Position numbers and translations under genes: made by a program. A stretch of 39,734 nucleotides of DNA from positions 1-39,734 of the IMG/VR virus record IMGVR_UViG_3300050162_000101; one strand, 5' to 3'. The stretch is from a virus. Lineage: Duplodnaviria; Caudoviricetes. Below are positions 26,992 through 33,813 of this stretch, piece after piece. The notes below the pieces were generated by a model. The model did no database searches. It was not told the DNA's origin and saw only the letters and a program-made list of their open reading frames with translations. Within the stretch, counting starts at the first letter, position 1. Each line of letters begins with the position of its first letter.

Positions 26992-27016
26992 TAGTAGGCG
27001 AGGGAGTTGATACAAT
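26988..27016 (+). promoter_or_regulatory. Promoter for the GIY-YIG gene
   Basis: TTGATA-17 bp-TACAAT with an extended TGn. Confidence 0.55.
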
Positions 27017-27032
27017 GGATCAAGAGGAAAGC

Positions 27033-27758
27033 ATGGCAGTAATCTACATGGCAACGAATCTTGACACCGGAAAAGCCTACGTTGGTCAGACATGGAACTT
27101 TGAACGCCGCAAGTATTTTCACCACTATGGAAAGGGTGGCGCGATGTACTTTAGCAGGTCCATGCTTGAGCACGGGAAAGATCGGTTCGCATGGTCGATT
27201 CTTCTTGATGGAATCGAGGACCAAAAGACATTGGATATTGCCGAAGACTGGGCAATATGGTTTCATCGAACACTTTTTCCAAATGGATACAACCTTCGGG
27301 AAGGTGGAAACGGAGGGGGAAGTCTGTCGCCCGAAAGTAAGGCGAAGCAAAAGGCATCGACCACGCGAGCGAACAAGGCCCTTCACGCGGATCCGGAATG
27401 GCGGAAGATGTGGCGGACCAGATACGATGCAGGGCTGGCTCGGCGAGCCGTGAATCAAGAATGGCGGGATAACGCCAGAAAGGCCATGGACGAACTGAGC
27501 AAGAATGAGCACTGGATAGCCGCTAACAAGGCAACGGGCAAGAGAAACGCGGCGAATCCGGAATGGATAAAAAAGGTCATCGCTGGCGGTCGGAAGTTCG
27601 CAAAGCCCGTTTTGTGTGTCGAGACTGAGGTTATCTATCCAAGCATCCGAAATGCCTTTCGCGTGACAGGGATAGACGCCTCAATGATCATGAGAGTTTG
27701 TAAAGGACGCCAGCGGACAGCGGGCGGTTTTCATTGGAAATACAAGGAGGATCAATGA
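27033..27758 (+). CDS. Free-standing GIY-YIG homing endonuclease-like protein with C-terminal NUMOD1
   Basis: VIY..TN...K.YVGQT, conserved R, E and GYN; KPVLC...YPSIRNA...G.HWKY; visibly more AT-rich. Confidence 0.85.
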   Translation: MAVIYMATNLDTGKAYVGQTWNFERRKYFHHYGKGGAMYFSRSMLEHGKDRFAWSILLDGIEDQKTLDIAEDWAIWFHRTLFPNGYNLREGGNGGGSLSPESKAKQKASTTRANKALHADPEWRKMWRTRYDAGLARRAVNQEWRDNARKAMDELSKNEHWIAANKATGKRNAANPEWIKKVIAGGRKFAKPVLCVETEVIYPSIRNAFRVTGIDASMIMRVCKGRQRTAGGFHWKYKEDQ

Positions 27759-28900
27759 ACGCGTATCACAAAATAAAGGATTTTCACGGGGCAAGGAAGC
27801 TCGGATGTGGTGCATCCGACATCCCCACGCTGGCCGGGCTGAACAAGCGATATGGCCAAACTCCGCTCACGCTGTGGCAGGAGAAGCGCGGGCTTGCCCC
27901 GTCGTTCGAGGGCAACGAGCGCACCGAGTGGGGCAACGACCTAGAGCCGATGGTGCTGAGAAAGTTCATCGCTAACCGCTACGGTCAAGATGCGGCCGAC
28001 GACTTCCTCGCCCAGGCTATCCGAGGGCGGTCAAGTGGGCCGTTCAAGCGAAAAACCGAGGCGGTCCACCCTGAGCGTAAATACTGCCTGAGCCATGCTG
28101 ACTTGCTGGTGGACTGGGGCAAGGAGCTTGAGCTATGCCCGCCAGAACAGCAGGAACATCCCTACCTCGTCGAAGCCAAGACATCTGGTCTCTACTCCGC
28201 CAAGCGGCGCGAGGGCGTGGCCTTCGAGGGCTACGACCCCGACGACCGGAGCCAGTTCGGCATTCCTGACAAGGTGTTTATGCAAGTCCAGTGGCAGTTG
28301 TTCACCTACGGCGTGACCGAAGCATGGGTCGTGGTCCTCATCGACACGGCGGACTATCGGGAGTATGGGCCCATCGTATACGACCCTCGCCACGTCGAAA
28401 AATCCATCGCCATGGTAGAGAAGTTCTGGGCCCTTGTCGAGTCAGGCACGGAGCCCACCCCGGCCACATGGGGCGATGTGGTGAGCATCTACCCCGACCT
28501 CGTGGACCTCACGGCCATGGTCTCAGGCGAGGCGGAAATGGAGGCCCGCCGGATGATCGCCGAGGGGCGGGAGCTCAAAGAGCGCGTCAAGGCGCTCGAG
28601 GAAAAGCTCGACGACATCAAGATGGGCCTCGGGATTCTGGCCGGTGATACGAAGGCCGAGGACGGCACCGTGAAGCGGACCATGAACCGGGTGCTGAACG
28701 ACAGCGAGGGAAAGAAGCTGGCTACGTTCCGCGACCAGACGAAGGACAGCATCAGCCTGCCCATGGCCGACATCCGCAAAAAGCAAGCCAAAAGCGTCGA
28801 GTTGACCGAGAATGAAAAGCGAGTCGTGGCGGTTGACGCCGAGCTGAGGGCCCTGGGGTGCTACAAGACTTCGGACCCCTATCGCGTGGTGACGTACTGA
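27755..28900 (+). CDS. YqaJ/lambda-exonuclease family recombination nuclease
   Basis: GASD..L.G...TPLTLWQEK, WGNDLEP, HAD, VEAKT and QVQWQL motifs. Confidence 0.88.
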   Translation: MNAYHKIKDFHGARKLGCGASDIPTLAGLNKRYGQTPLTLWQEKRGLAPSFEGNERTEWGNDLEPMVLRKFIANRYGQDAADDFLAQAIRGRSSGPFKRKTEAVHPERKYCLSHADLLVDWGKELELCPPEQQEHPYLVEAKTSGLYSAKRREGVAFEGYDPDDRSQFGIPDKVFMQVQWQLFTYGVTEAWVVVLIDTADYREYGPIVYDPRHVEKSIAMVEKFWALVESGTEPTPATWGDVVSIYPDLVDLTAMVSGEAEMEARRMIAEGRELKERVKALEEKLDDIKMGLGILAGDTKAEDGTVKRTMNRVLNDSEGKKLATFRDQTKDSISLPMADIRKKQAKSVELTENEKRVVAVDAELRALGCYKTSDPYRVVTY

Positions 28901-29166
28901 TGGGCCGCGCGGCGAAGCTCAAGGAAGCCCGGCGCATGGCCGAACGGGCGGCGAAGTCGGTACCCCGTGCCGTAGCCGGTACTTACGCCGGGGCGGGATT
29001 CTGGCGCATCATCGCGTCAATCTTCTGGCCCGGTGTGCTGAAAAAGACACGGGCCAAAGTTCAGGCGAGAATGGACGCCTTGCACGAAAAGGCGCTGAGA
29101 ACAGCAACGAAGAAAACTGCCCACGAGGTGGCCAAGGGCTTAGGAGGCCCGAGAAACAATGTCTGA
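28900..29166 (+). CDS. Basic hypothetical protein
   Basis: TGATG coupling; FWRIIASIFWP amphipathic segment. Confidence 0.6.
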   Translation: MGRAAKLKEARRMAERAAKSVPRAVAGTYAGAGFWRIIASIFWPGVLKKTRAKVQARMDALHEKALRTATKKTAHEVAKGLGGPRNNV

Positions 29167-30073
29167 CACGAAACAAGTCGTCGAGCTGAGCAACAAAACC
29201 CGCGAAAATCTTGAGCTGGTGCTCAAGGCCAGGACGAGCGAAATCCTCGCCGTTGCCGCTCAGAACGTCCGCGAGGACAAGGCATACCTGACGCGGGCAA
29301 AGCTCACGCTTCTGGCGAGCCCTTGCGAGCCCCTGCTCAAGACGGAGAAGGGCGTCCGAACAGCCCTTGAGGCCATCACTAACGCGGCGATGGCCGGGCT
29401 GTCCTTTGGAGGGCTCAGGCCCCAGTGCTATCCGGTCCCTAAGGACGGAGGCGTTGTTCTGGTGGTCGAGGCTTCTGGTATGAAGCACGTGTGCGTCTAC
29501 GGCCTGGGGGCGGTGCTGACAGAATATCCGCGCCTCATCACCGTCCACGAAGGCGACAACGTCAAGGTGGACCCGGACAAAAATACCATCATATACGAGG
29601 AGGGGGGCTTCGACCCGTTCAGCCCCGAGCGCGGAAAGGTTCGCGGGTGGCTCATGCGGCTCAAGTTCAAGGACGGACGGCCCGACGAAATCAAGTACTG
29701 CTCCTACGCCAAGGCCAAGGAAATCCAGAAAGGCTACAGCATGACAGGTTCGCCCATGTTCAACAAAAGTCCCGAGGAGGCCGATGAGAAGACGGCGGAG
29801 AAGTCCATGCTTCGCAAGCCGTTCAAGGAAGCCGTGGGGCTCGCCCAGATGATCATCGAAGGCGACAGCCTGCCAGTCCAGGAACAGGGTCCTCCCGTCA
29901 TCAACCGCGACCCCGCTTCCCGCATGGCCGACAGGCTCGACCGCGCGGCGGGGGGGATGAAGAAAGCGGAGCCCGCACCGGAACAGGAGGCCGTGGTCGA
30001 GGAGGATCCGGAACCGGAGGCGAGCGACACGACTGAGACCCCCGGAGAGTCGGGAAGAGAGGAACTTTTCTAG
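29159..30073 (+). CDS. recT: RecT-like single-strand annealing protein
   Basis: AMAGLS...CYPVP, VHEGD and SP....EE..EKT motifs; acidic tail; adjacent to YqaJ. Confidence 0.8.
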   Translation: MSDTKQVVELSNKTRENLELVLKARTSEILAVAAQNVREDKAYLTRAKLTLLASPCEPLLKTEKGVRTALEAITNAAMAGLSFGGLRPQCYPVPKDGGVVLVVEASGMKHVCVYGLGAVLTEYPRLITVHEGDNVKVDPDKNTIIYEEGGFDPFSPERGKVRGWLMRLKFKDGRPDEIKYCSYAKAKEIQKGYSMTGSPMFNKSPEEADEKTAEKSMLRKPFKEAVGLAQMIIEGDSLPVQEQGPPVINRDPASRMADRLDRAAGGMKKAEPAPEQEAVVEEDPEPEASDTTETPGESGREELF

Positions 30074-30100
30074 GGCGTGTACGATTTTTGCGATTGTGGC

Positions 30101-30129
30101 TTGACGTATTACAGCGTATACGATAGAGT
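30101..30129 (+). promoter_or_regulatory. sigma70-type promoter overlapped by operator-like motif copy 5 (30105-30125)
   Basis: TTGACG-17 bp-TAGAGT; CGTATTACAGCGTATACGATA. Confidence 0.72.
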
Positions 30130-30162
30130 GAGTGTATCCCCGAGATGGGGAAAGGAGATTTG

Positions 30163-30393
30163 ATGGAAAATCTGTGGGGTGTTTTATCCACTTCAAGGGG
30201 GGGTGGAAGTCGTAACGGCGGAGACTATGAGTCGTATAAAACATATCCGACCAAGGCTTCTGCTATTCAAGCCGCCGCCGAGTTTGCTTTGTCAAACCGT
30301 GGCGTTCGATTTTTCGTCTTTCAGGTCACCGATGAGGTCACCGTGGAAGTTCCGGCTATTGTGACCCCTCTGGTCGAGGCGGTGCAAGGATGA
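30163..30393 (+). CDS. Hypothetical protein
   Basis: SD AAGGAG, ATG 30163, ATGA overlap. Confidence 0.7.
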   Translation: MENLWGVLSTSRGGGSRNGGDYESYKTYPTKASAIQAAAEFALSNRGVRFFVFQVTDEVTVEVPAIVTPLVEAVQG

Positions 30394-30602
30394 TCAGGAT
30401 CAACGAAGCCTGCGCGATTCTCGGCTTGCCCGAGGATGACAAGGGCAAAGCCAAAGCACGGGAGGTGCTGAACTACTTCGGGGTGAATACCTCGGAGGAA
30501 TCGTTGCCCGAAGGCAAGTTTGGCAAGCCGTCGAAGCTGTACGATGCCGAGGAGGTTCGGATCATCGCCCGTTTCAAGGCTACCGAGTTCGCCCAGGCCT
30601 GA
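30390..30602 (+). CDS. Small MerR/Xis-like winged-HTH DNA-binding protein (putative)
   Basis: IRINEACAILG...KLYDAEEV pattern. Confidence 0.55.
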   Translation: MIRINEACAILGLPEDDKGKAKAREVLNYFGVNTSEESLPEGKFGKPSKLYDAEEVRIIARFKATEFAQA

Positions 30603-30967
30603 CACTGGGAGCGTGGCCCGCGTTCGGGCTTGCCGTCGGCGGACGGTCAGTGAACTCCGCCGTGGTGAGCACACGTCGAAAGGCGTGGCCCAGAGGGCTG
30701 AACTCCTCGGAAAGTTCCGTTGCGGGATCGTAGACCCGACCCGGCTAGGCGTGGAACCTAGACGCCGAATGACCTGGATGAGCGCGGCGTAAACTAAGAG
30801 AATCCAGGTGGGCCGCAGACGCGGCAGACAGTCCATGGCGTGGCTCACCTGAGCCAGGGGCGTTCGGCTCCCCCGACTGCCAGAGTGCCGTATGGCACAT
30901 CTAGCGCGCCCATGCGGGCAATTCAGTAGCACCCCCTTTGCGCCGTTGGCGTCGAGGGGGATTTTTT
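30603..30967 (+). ncRNA. Candidate large structured RNA
   Basis: More than ten short hairpins back to back, no credible ORF, ends in a hairpin plus ATTTTTT. Confidence 0.55.
30932..30967 (+). terminator. Terminator/attenuator-like hairpin
   Basis: CCCCCT...AGGGGG with inner CGCC/GGCG, followed by ATTTTTT. Confidence 0.5.
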
Positions 30968-30981
30968 CAGGGGGGACGTTT

Positions 30982-31182
30982 ATGGGCCAACGTATCGCGG
31001 CGCTTTGGGTTAAGGACACCGACCACGGGAAGCAAACGACCGGCACGATTGACGCGCCAGCCGGGGTGTGCATTCCGGCCGGTGCGAAAAACATCGGCGT
31101 GAGCATCGTCAAAAACGAGAAGACGAAAGACGGCCAACCGGATTATTTCGTCGAGCTTTGGATCAAGGATGGTGGGTCATGA
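30982..31182 (+). CDS. DUF736-like small protein (possible ssDNA-binding)
   Basis: RIAALW...KNEK....QPDY; G-rich SD before ATG 30982. Confidence 0.55.
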   Translation: MGQRIAALWVKDTDHGKQTTGTIDAPAGVCIPAGAKNIGVSIVKNEKTKDGQPDYFVELWIKDGGS

Positions 31183-31412
31183 GTGACCGACGCGCCGAGT
31201 TGCTGGAGCTGGCGTCGAGGCTGGCTTGCTCGTCGGAGGTGGCACGTCTGACTCCAAGGCCACATACCGGGACTGTCAAAGTCAGGACCAAGGAAGAGTG
31301 CGATCGTGACGCCCAGACAGCCCGAGAATATCACGCCGCCGATACGGTCAAGCAAGCCGCCGCCATCATCGCCGAAGTCGACCGCGTGAGCGGGGAGGTG
31401 CCACATGCGTGA
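31179..31412 (+). CDS. Hypothetical protein
   Basis: ATGA overlap at 31179. Confidence 0.65.
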   Translation: MSDRRAELLELASRLACSSEVARLTPRPHTGTVKVRTKEECDRDAQTAREYHAADTVKQAAAIIAEVDRVSGEVPHA

Positions 31413-31998
31413 AGAAGGGCTGTACTGGGTCAAAAACGGAAGTCGATGGGAGGTTGCCTCTTGGTCATCAGGTATCTGGTGGTCGATAGGTTCCGAAAAA
31501 TGGGGTGATGAAAGCCGTTTTGATGAGATAGGAGAATGCGCCCACCATGGCGACGACCCCACCCTCCCCAAACTCCTCGCCGCCCTCGGATGGCAAGGTG
31601 GCACCGTGGAACAGGCGCTGGCGGAGGTTAGTCGGTTGAAGGCGCTAGACGTGTCGGCCATGGTCGAGGTTGGCTCGATCCGAGTAGCAAACAACACCAT
31701 CGCTTGGATTCCGTTACCAAACGTTATTTTTGCCCAGGTCGGAAAGCCCGAACCCGTCTTCGTCCGAAGGGCGTCTACCGCTCATCTCGGCCAAGGCGTC
31801 GCGGCGCTACTGCCGGAGCATGGGGAGGCGTTCTGCGGGTGGGCTCAGATGGATGAGGAGTGCGAGGACTACGATACCGGGTGTGGTAACGCTTTCTCGC
31901 TCGCTAGCGATGAGTTTTTTCTCAAGTTCTGCCCGTGGTGTGGAAAGAAAATCGAGCGAACGATGGCCGGTGATCATGGCGACGATACGGACGACTAA
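31405..31998 (+). CDS. Hypothetical mosaic protein with C-terminal Zn ribbon
   Basis: EEGLYWVK N-terminus; LGWQGGT; YDTGCG...FCPWCGKKI; SD GGAGG. Confidence 0.7.
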   Translation: MREEGLYWVKNGSRWEVASWSSGIWWSIGSEKWGDESRFDEIGECAHHGDDPTLPKLLAALGWQGGTVEQALAEVSRLKALDVSAMVEVGSIRVANNTIAWIPLPNVIFAQVGKPEPVFVRRASTAHLGQGVAALLPEHGEAFCGWAQMDEECEDYDTGCGNAFSLASDEFFLKFCPWCGKKIERTMAGDHGDDTDD

Positions 31999-32176
31999 GC
32001 CCCCCACCGCCCGCTCAATCCAGCGCATGGTAACGCGCCTTCAAGCGGCCATGGCGGTGGTCTACGCGGTCGACGGCCACCACGAAGCCGAGCGCACCAA
32101 CGAGCACGGTACGATGCTGGTGGAGTGGCGAAGCGGACGCGATGTCCTGACGCGAAGAGACAGACCAGAGGAGTAA
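31976..32176 (+). CDS. Hypothetical protein
   Basis: ATG 31976; last ORF before terminator. Confidence 0.5.
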   Translation: MATIRTTKPPTARSIQRMVTRLQAAMAVVYAVDGHHEAERTNEHGTMLVEWRSGRDVLTRRDRPEE

Positions 32177-32179
32177 ACC

Positions 32180-32205
32180 AGCCCCCCTTCACCGGGGGCT
32201 TTTTT
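32180..32205 (+). terminator. Intrinsic terminator between convergent genes
   Basis: AGCCCCC-CTTCACC-GGGGGCT followed by TTTTT. Confidence 0.85.
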
Positions 32206-32209
32206 GTGT

Positions 32210-32638
32210 CTAGTCATCTTCGAAGAAATCGCCACGTTCCTCAATTCCTGGCTCATCGGCGTACTGCCATCGGTAGCCACGAACCGTCTTTATTCGACCG
32301 GTGACAGCGTGGCGAATGGCGATCGAAGAAACACCAACATCAAGGGCGGCCGCATCGCAGGAATCATATTCCTTTCCGTCCTCAACGCGGATCACGTGGC
32401 GAGCAGACCCAGGCTTCCTTCCTCGCTGACGCTTGAAGTTTACGAACGACTTCATGAAGTCATTTGTCCCCGAACCGGGCTTTTCAGCATCCAAGGCGTC
32501 GAGCCGGTCAAGGGCAACTGCGACCAGGGACAGCATAAACTCAGTGGACGAAAGCCGTCTGGACTGCCCTGCCATGGCCTCGATCCTCTGTTCAATTCTG
32601 TTACTTAAAGTAACATCGTTGATAACAAGTGTTTTCAT
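32210..32638 (-). CDS. Putative DNA-binding protein: RHH-like N-terminus, RGRKP linker, NUMOD1-like C-terminus
   Basis: Own promoter and SD AGGAG; VIRVEDGKEYDS.DAAA.DVG......AV.G..KTV.GYRWQY resembles NUMOD1. Confidence 0.75.
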   Translation of the reverse strand: MKTLVINDVTLSNRIEQRIEAMAGQSRRLSSTEFMLSLVAVALDRLDALDAEKPGSGTNDFMKSFVNFKRQRGRKPGSARHVIRVEDGKEYDSCDAAALDVGVSSIAIRHAVTGRIKTVRGYRWQYADEPGIEERGDFFEDD

Positions 32639-32657
32639 TTATCACTCCTAAGTAACC

Positions 32658-32686
32658 ATGATAGTAGTATAAAAACATAGTGTCAA
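32658..32686 (-). promoter_or_regulatory. sigma70 promoter for the minus-strand gene
   Basis: TTGACA-17 bp-TATCAT on the minus strand. Confidence 0.8.
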
Positions 32687-32712
32687 GTATAAAATGGTAG
32701 CATAAATAGGCA

Positions 32713-33026
32713 TTTGTACCGGTACAAACAATCAGATAAAAAAAGAGCGGTACAAATCTCAAGAGTGAGTAAGTCTAGTAGTAGTAGTAGTTTAGATCAA
32801 GATTATTATTATTTGTACCACTGTACCAGCTGTACCAGGATATAAATGTCCTTACACGGGAACACAGTGTCGAGGTCATGGGGTCGAGGCCTGATTGTCT
32901 CCCGCATATAGAGACACTTGTTTCTGTGGTACACCTGGTACACTGGTACAAACGCTGTAAGTCTTTACGTGGTATGCACTTAGTTTTGTACCATCTTCGG
33001 GACGTATCTGGGACAGCTGGTACAAA
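32713..33026. repeat. TGTACC/GGTACA iteron cluster, candidate replication origin
   Basis: 11 copies; 16-bp palindrome 32713-32728; 26-bp inverted arms 32812-32837 and 32927-32952; AT-rich; (TAG)5 and (ATT)4 tracts. Confidence 0.7.
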
Positions 33027-33056
33027 TGTATGTAAGTCTATACGACATAATGACAT

Positions 33057-33174
33057 GGGTCCTTCCGGCTATGCCACGCCGAAGGGGTAAGCATCGTGCG
33101 CCTGAAAAAACCACGGTCCCACGATTTTCCCGCCGGGTTAACTTGACGCCGGTTAACGCATGGGGTAGGTTAAC
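33057..33174 (+). other. Candidate cos packaging site
   Basis: GGGTCCTTCCGG resembles lambda cosQ context; three GGTTAAC copies downstream; directly upstream of terS. Confidence 0.5.
33143..33171 (+). promoter_or_regulatory. Promoter for terminase operon (probably leaderless)
   Basis: TTGACG-17 bp-TAGGTT; ATG lies 6 nt after the -10. Confidence 0.55.
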
Positions 33175-33177
33175 CTC

Positions 33178-33813
33178 ATGCCCCTGATAACCATGGCCGA
33201 GTTTTCCCGCCTTCGATGTGTCTCCCGCCCGGCAATTAAAAAAGCCGTAGACACCGGCCGCGTGATTCTGACCGACGGCATGGTGGACACCGAGAACGCC
33301 CTGAACGCCATCTACGGCCCTAAGCCCAAGCCCACGAAGAAAGCGCCTCCCGTGAAGGTTGCCAAGGCAAAGGCCAAGCGACAGCTCCGCAATCCTGCCA
33401 CGGTCGAGGCCGAGGACGGCGCTACGACTGACGACGACCTCTCCGACGTCCTGACCGACGACGAGCGCCACGAGCTTGCCGAGTCCCTGGGCGAGGACAT
33501 GGCCGCCTGGACCCTCCGCGACAAGAAGGCATCGGCCAAGCTCAAGGAAGCGGGTGAGCGCAAGGTGTCCCTTCACCTCATGGAGCGCAAGAAAGAGCTT
33601 GTCCCCCGCGATCTCTTCACCGCCGCCGTGCAAGGCATCAACAAAGCCATCGACGACCACCTGCACCGCCTGCCCGCCAAACTCGGACCGGTAGTCTTCG
33701 CCCTGGCCCGTCGTGACGGTGCAACCGAGCTTGAGGTCATCCGTACCCTAGAGACCGAGATGGGTGGCGCTATCAGACGCGCTACCGAGGACGTGGCCCG
33801 CCTTGAGCCCTGA
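33178..33813 (+). CDS. terS: Terminase small subunit (Nu1-like)
   Basis: N-terminal wHTH (ITMAEFSRLRCVSRPAIKKAV.TGR); coiled coil ending in ELV; LP..L motif; precedes GpA. Confidence 0.8.
   Translation: MPLITMAEFSRLRCVSRPAIKKAVDTGRVILTDGMVDTENALNAIYGPKPKPTKKAPPVKVAKAKAKRQLRNPATVEAEDGATTDDDLSDVLTDDERHELAESLGEDMAAWTLRDKKASAKLKEAGERKVSLHLMERKKELVPRDLFTAAVQGINKAIDDHLHRLPAKLGPVVFALARRDGATELEVIRTLETEMGGAIRRATEDVARLEP

Noticed and set aside
30520-30792. 90-aa ORF in the structured region
   Set aside because: TTG start inside the upstream gene, no SD, Arg-rich non-globular sequence.
30823-30882. Canonical tRNA gene or attP
   Set aside because: No D arm or 7-nt anticodon loop, and no integrase in the genome; kept only as a tRNA-like finding.
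32204-32608. + strand 134-aa ORF
   Set aside because: Starts in the terminator and is antisense to a gene with promoter, SD and domain similarity.
32713-33026. CRISPR array
   Set aside because: Repeats are 6-9 bp in both orientations with irregular spacing; no cas genes.
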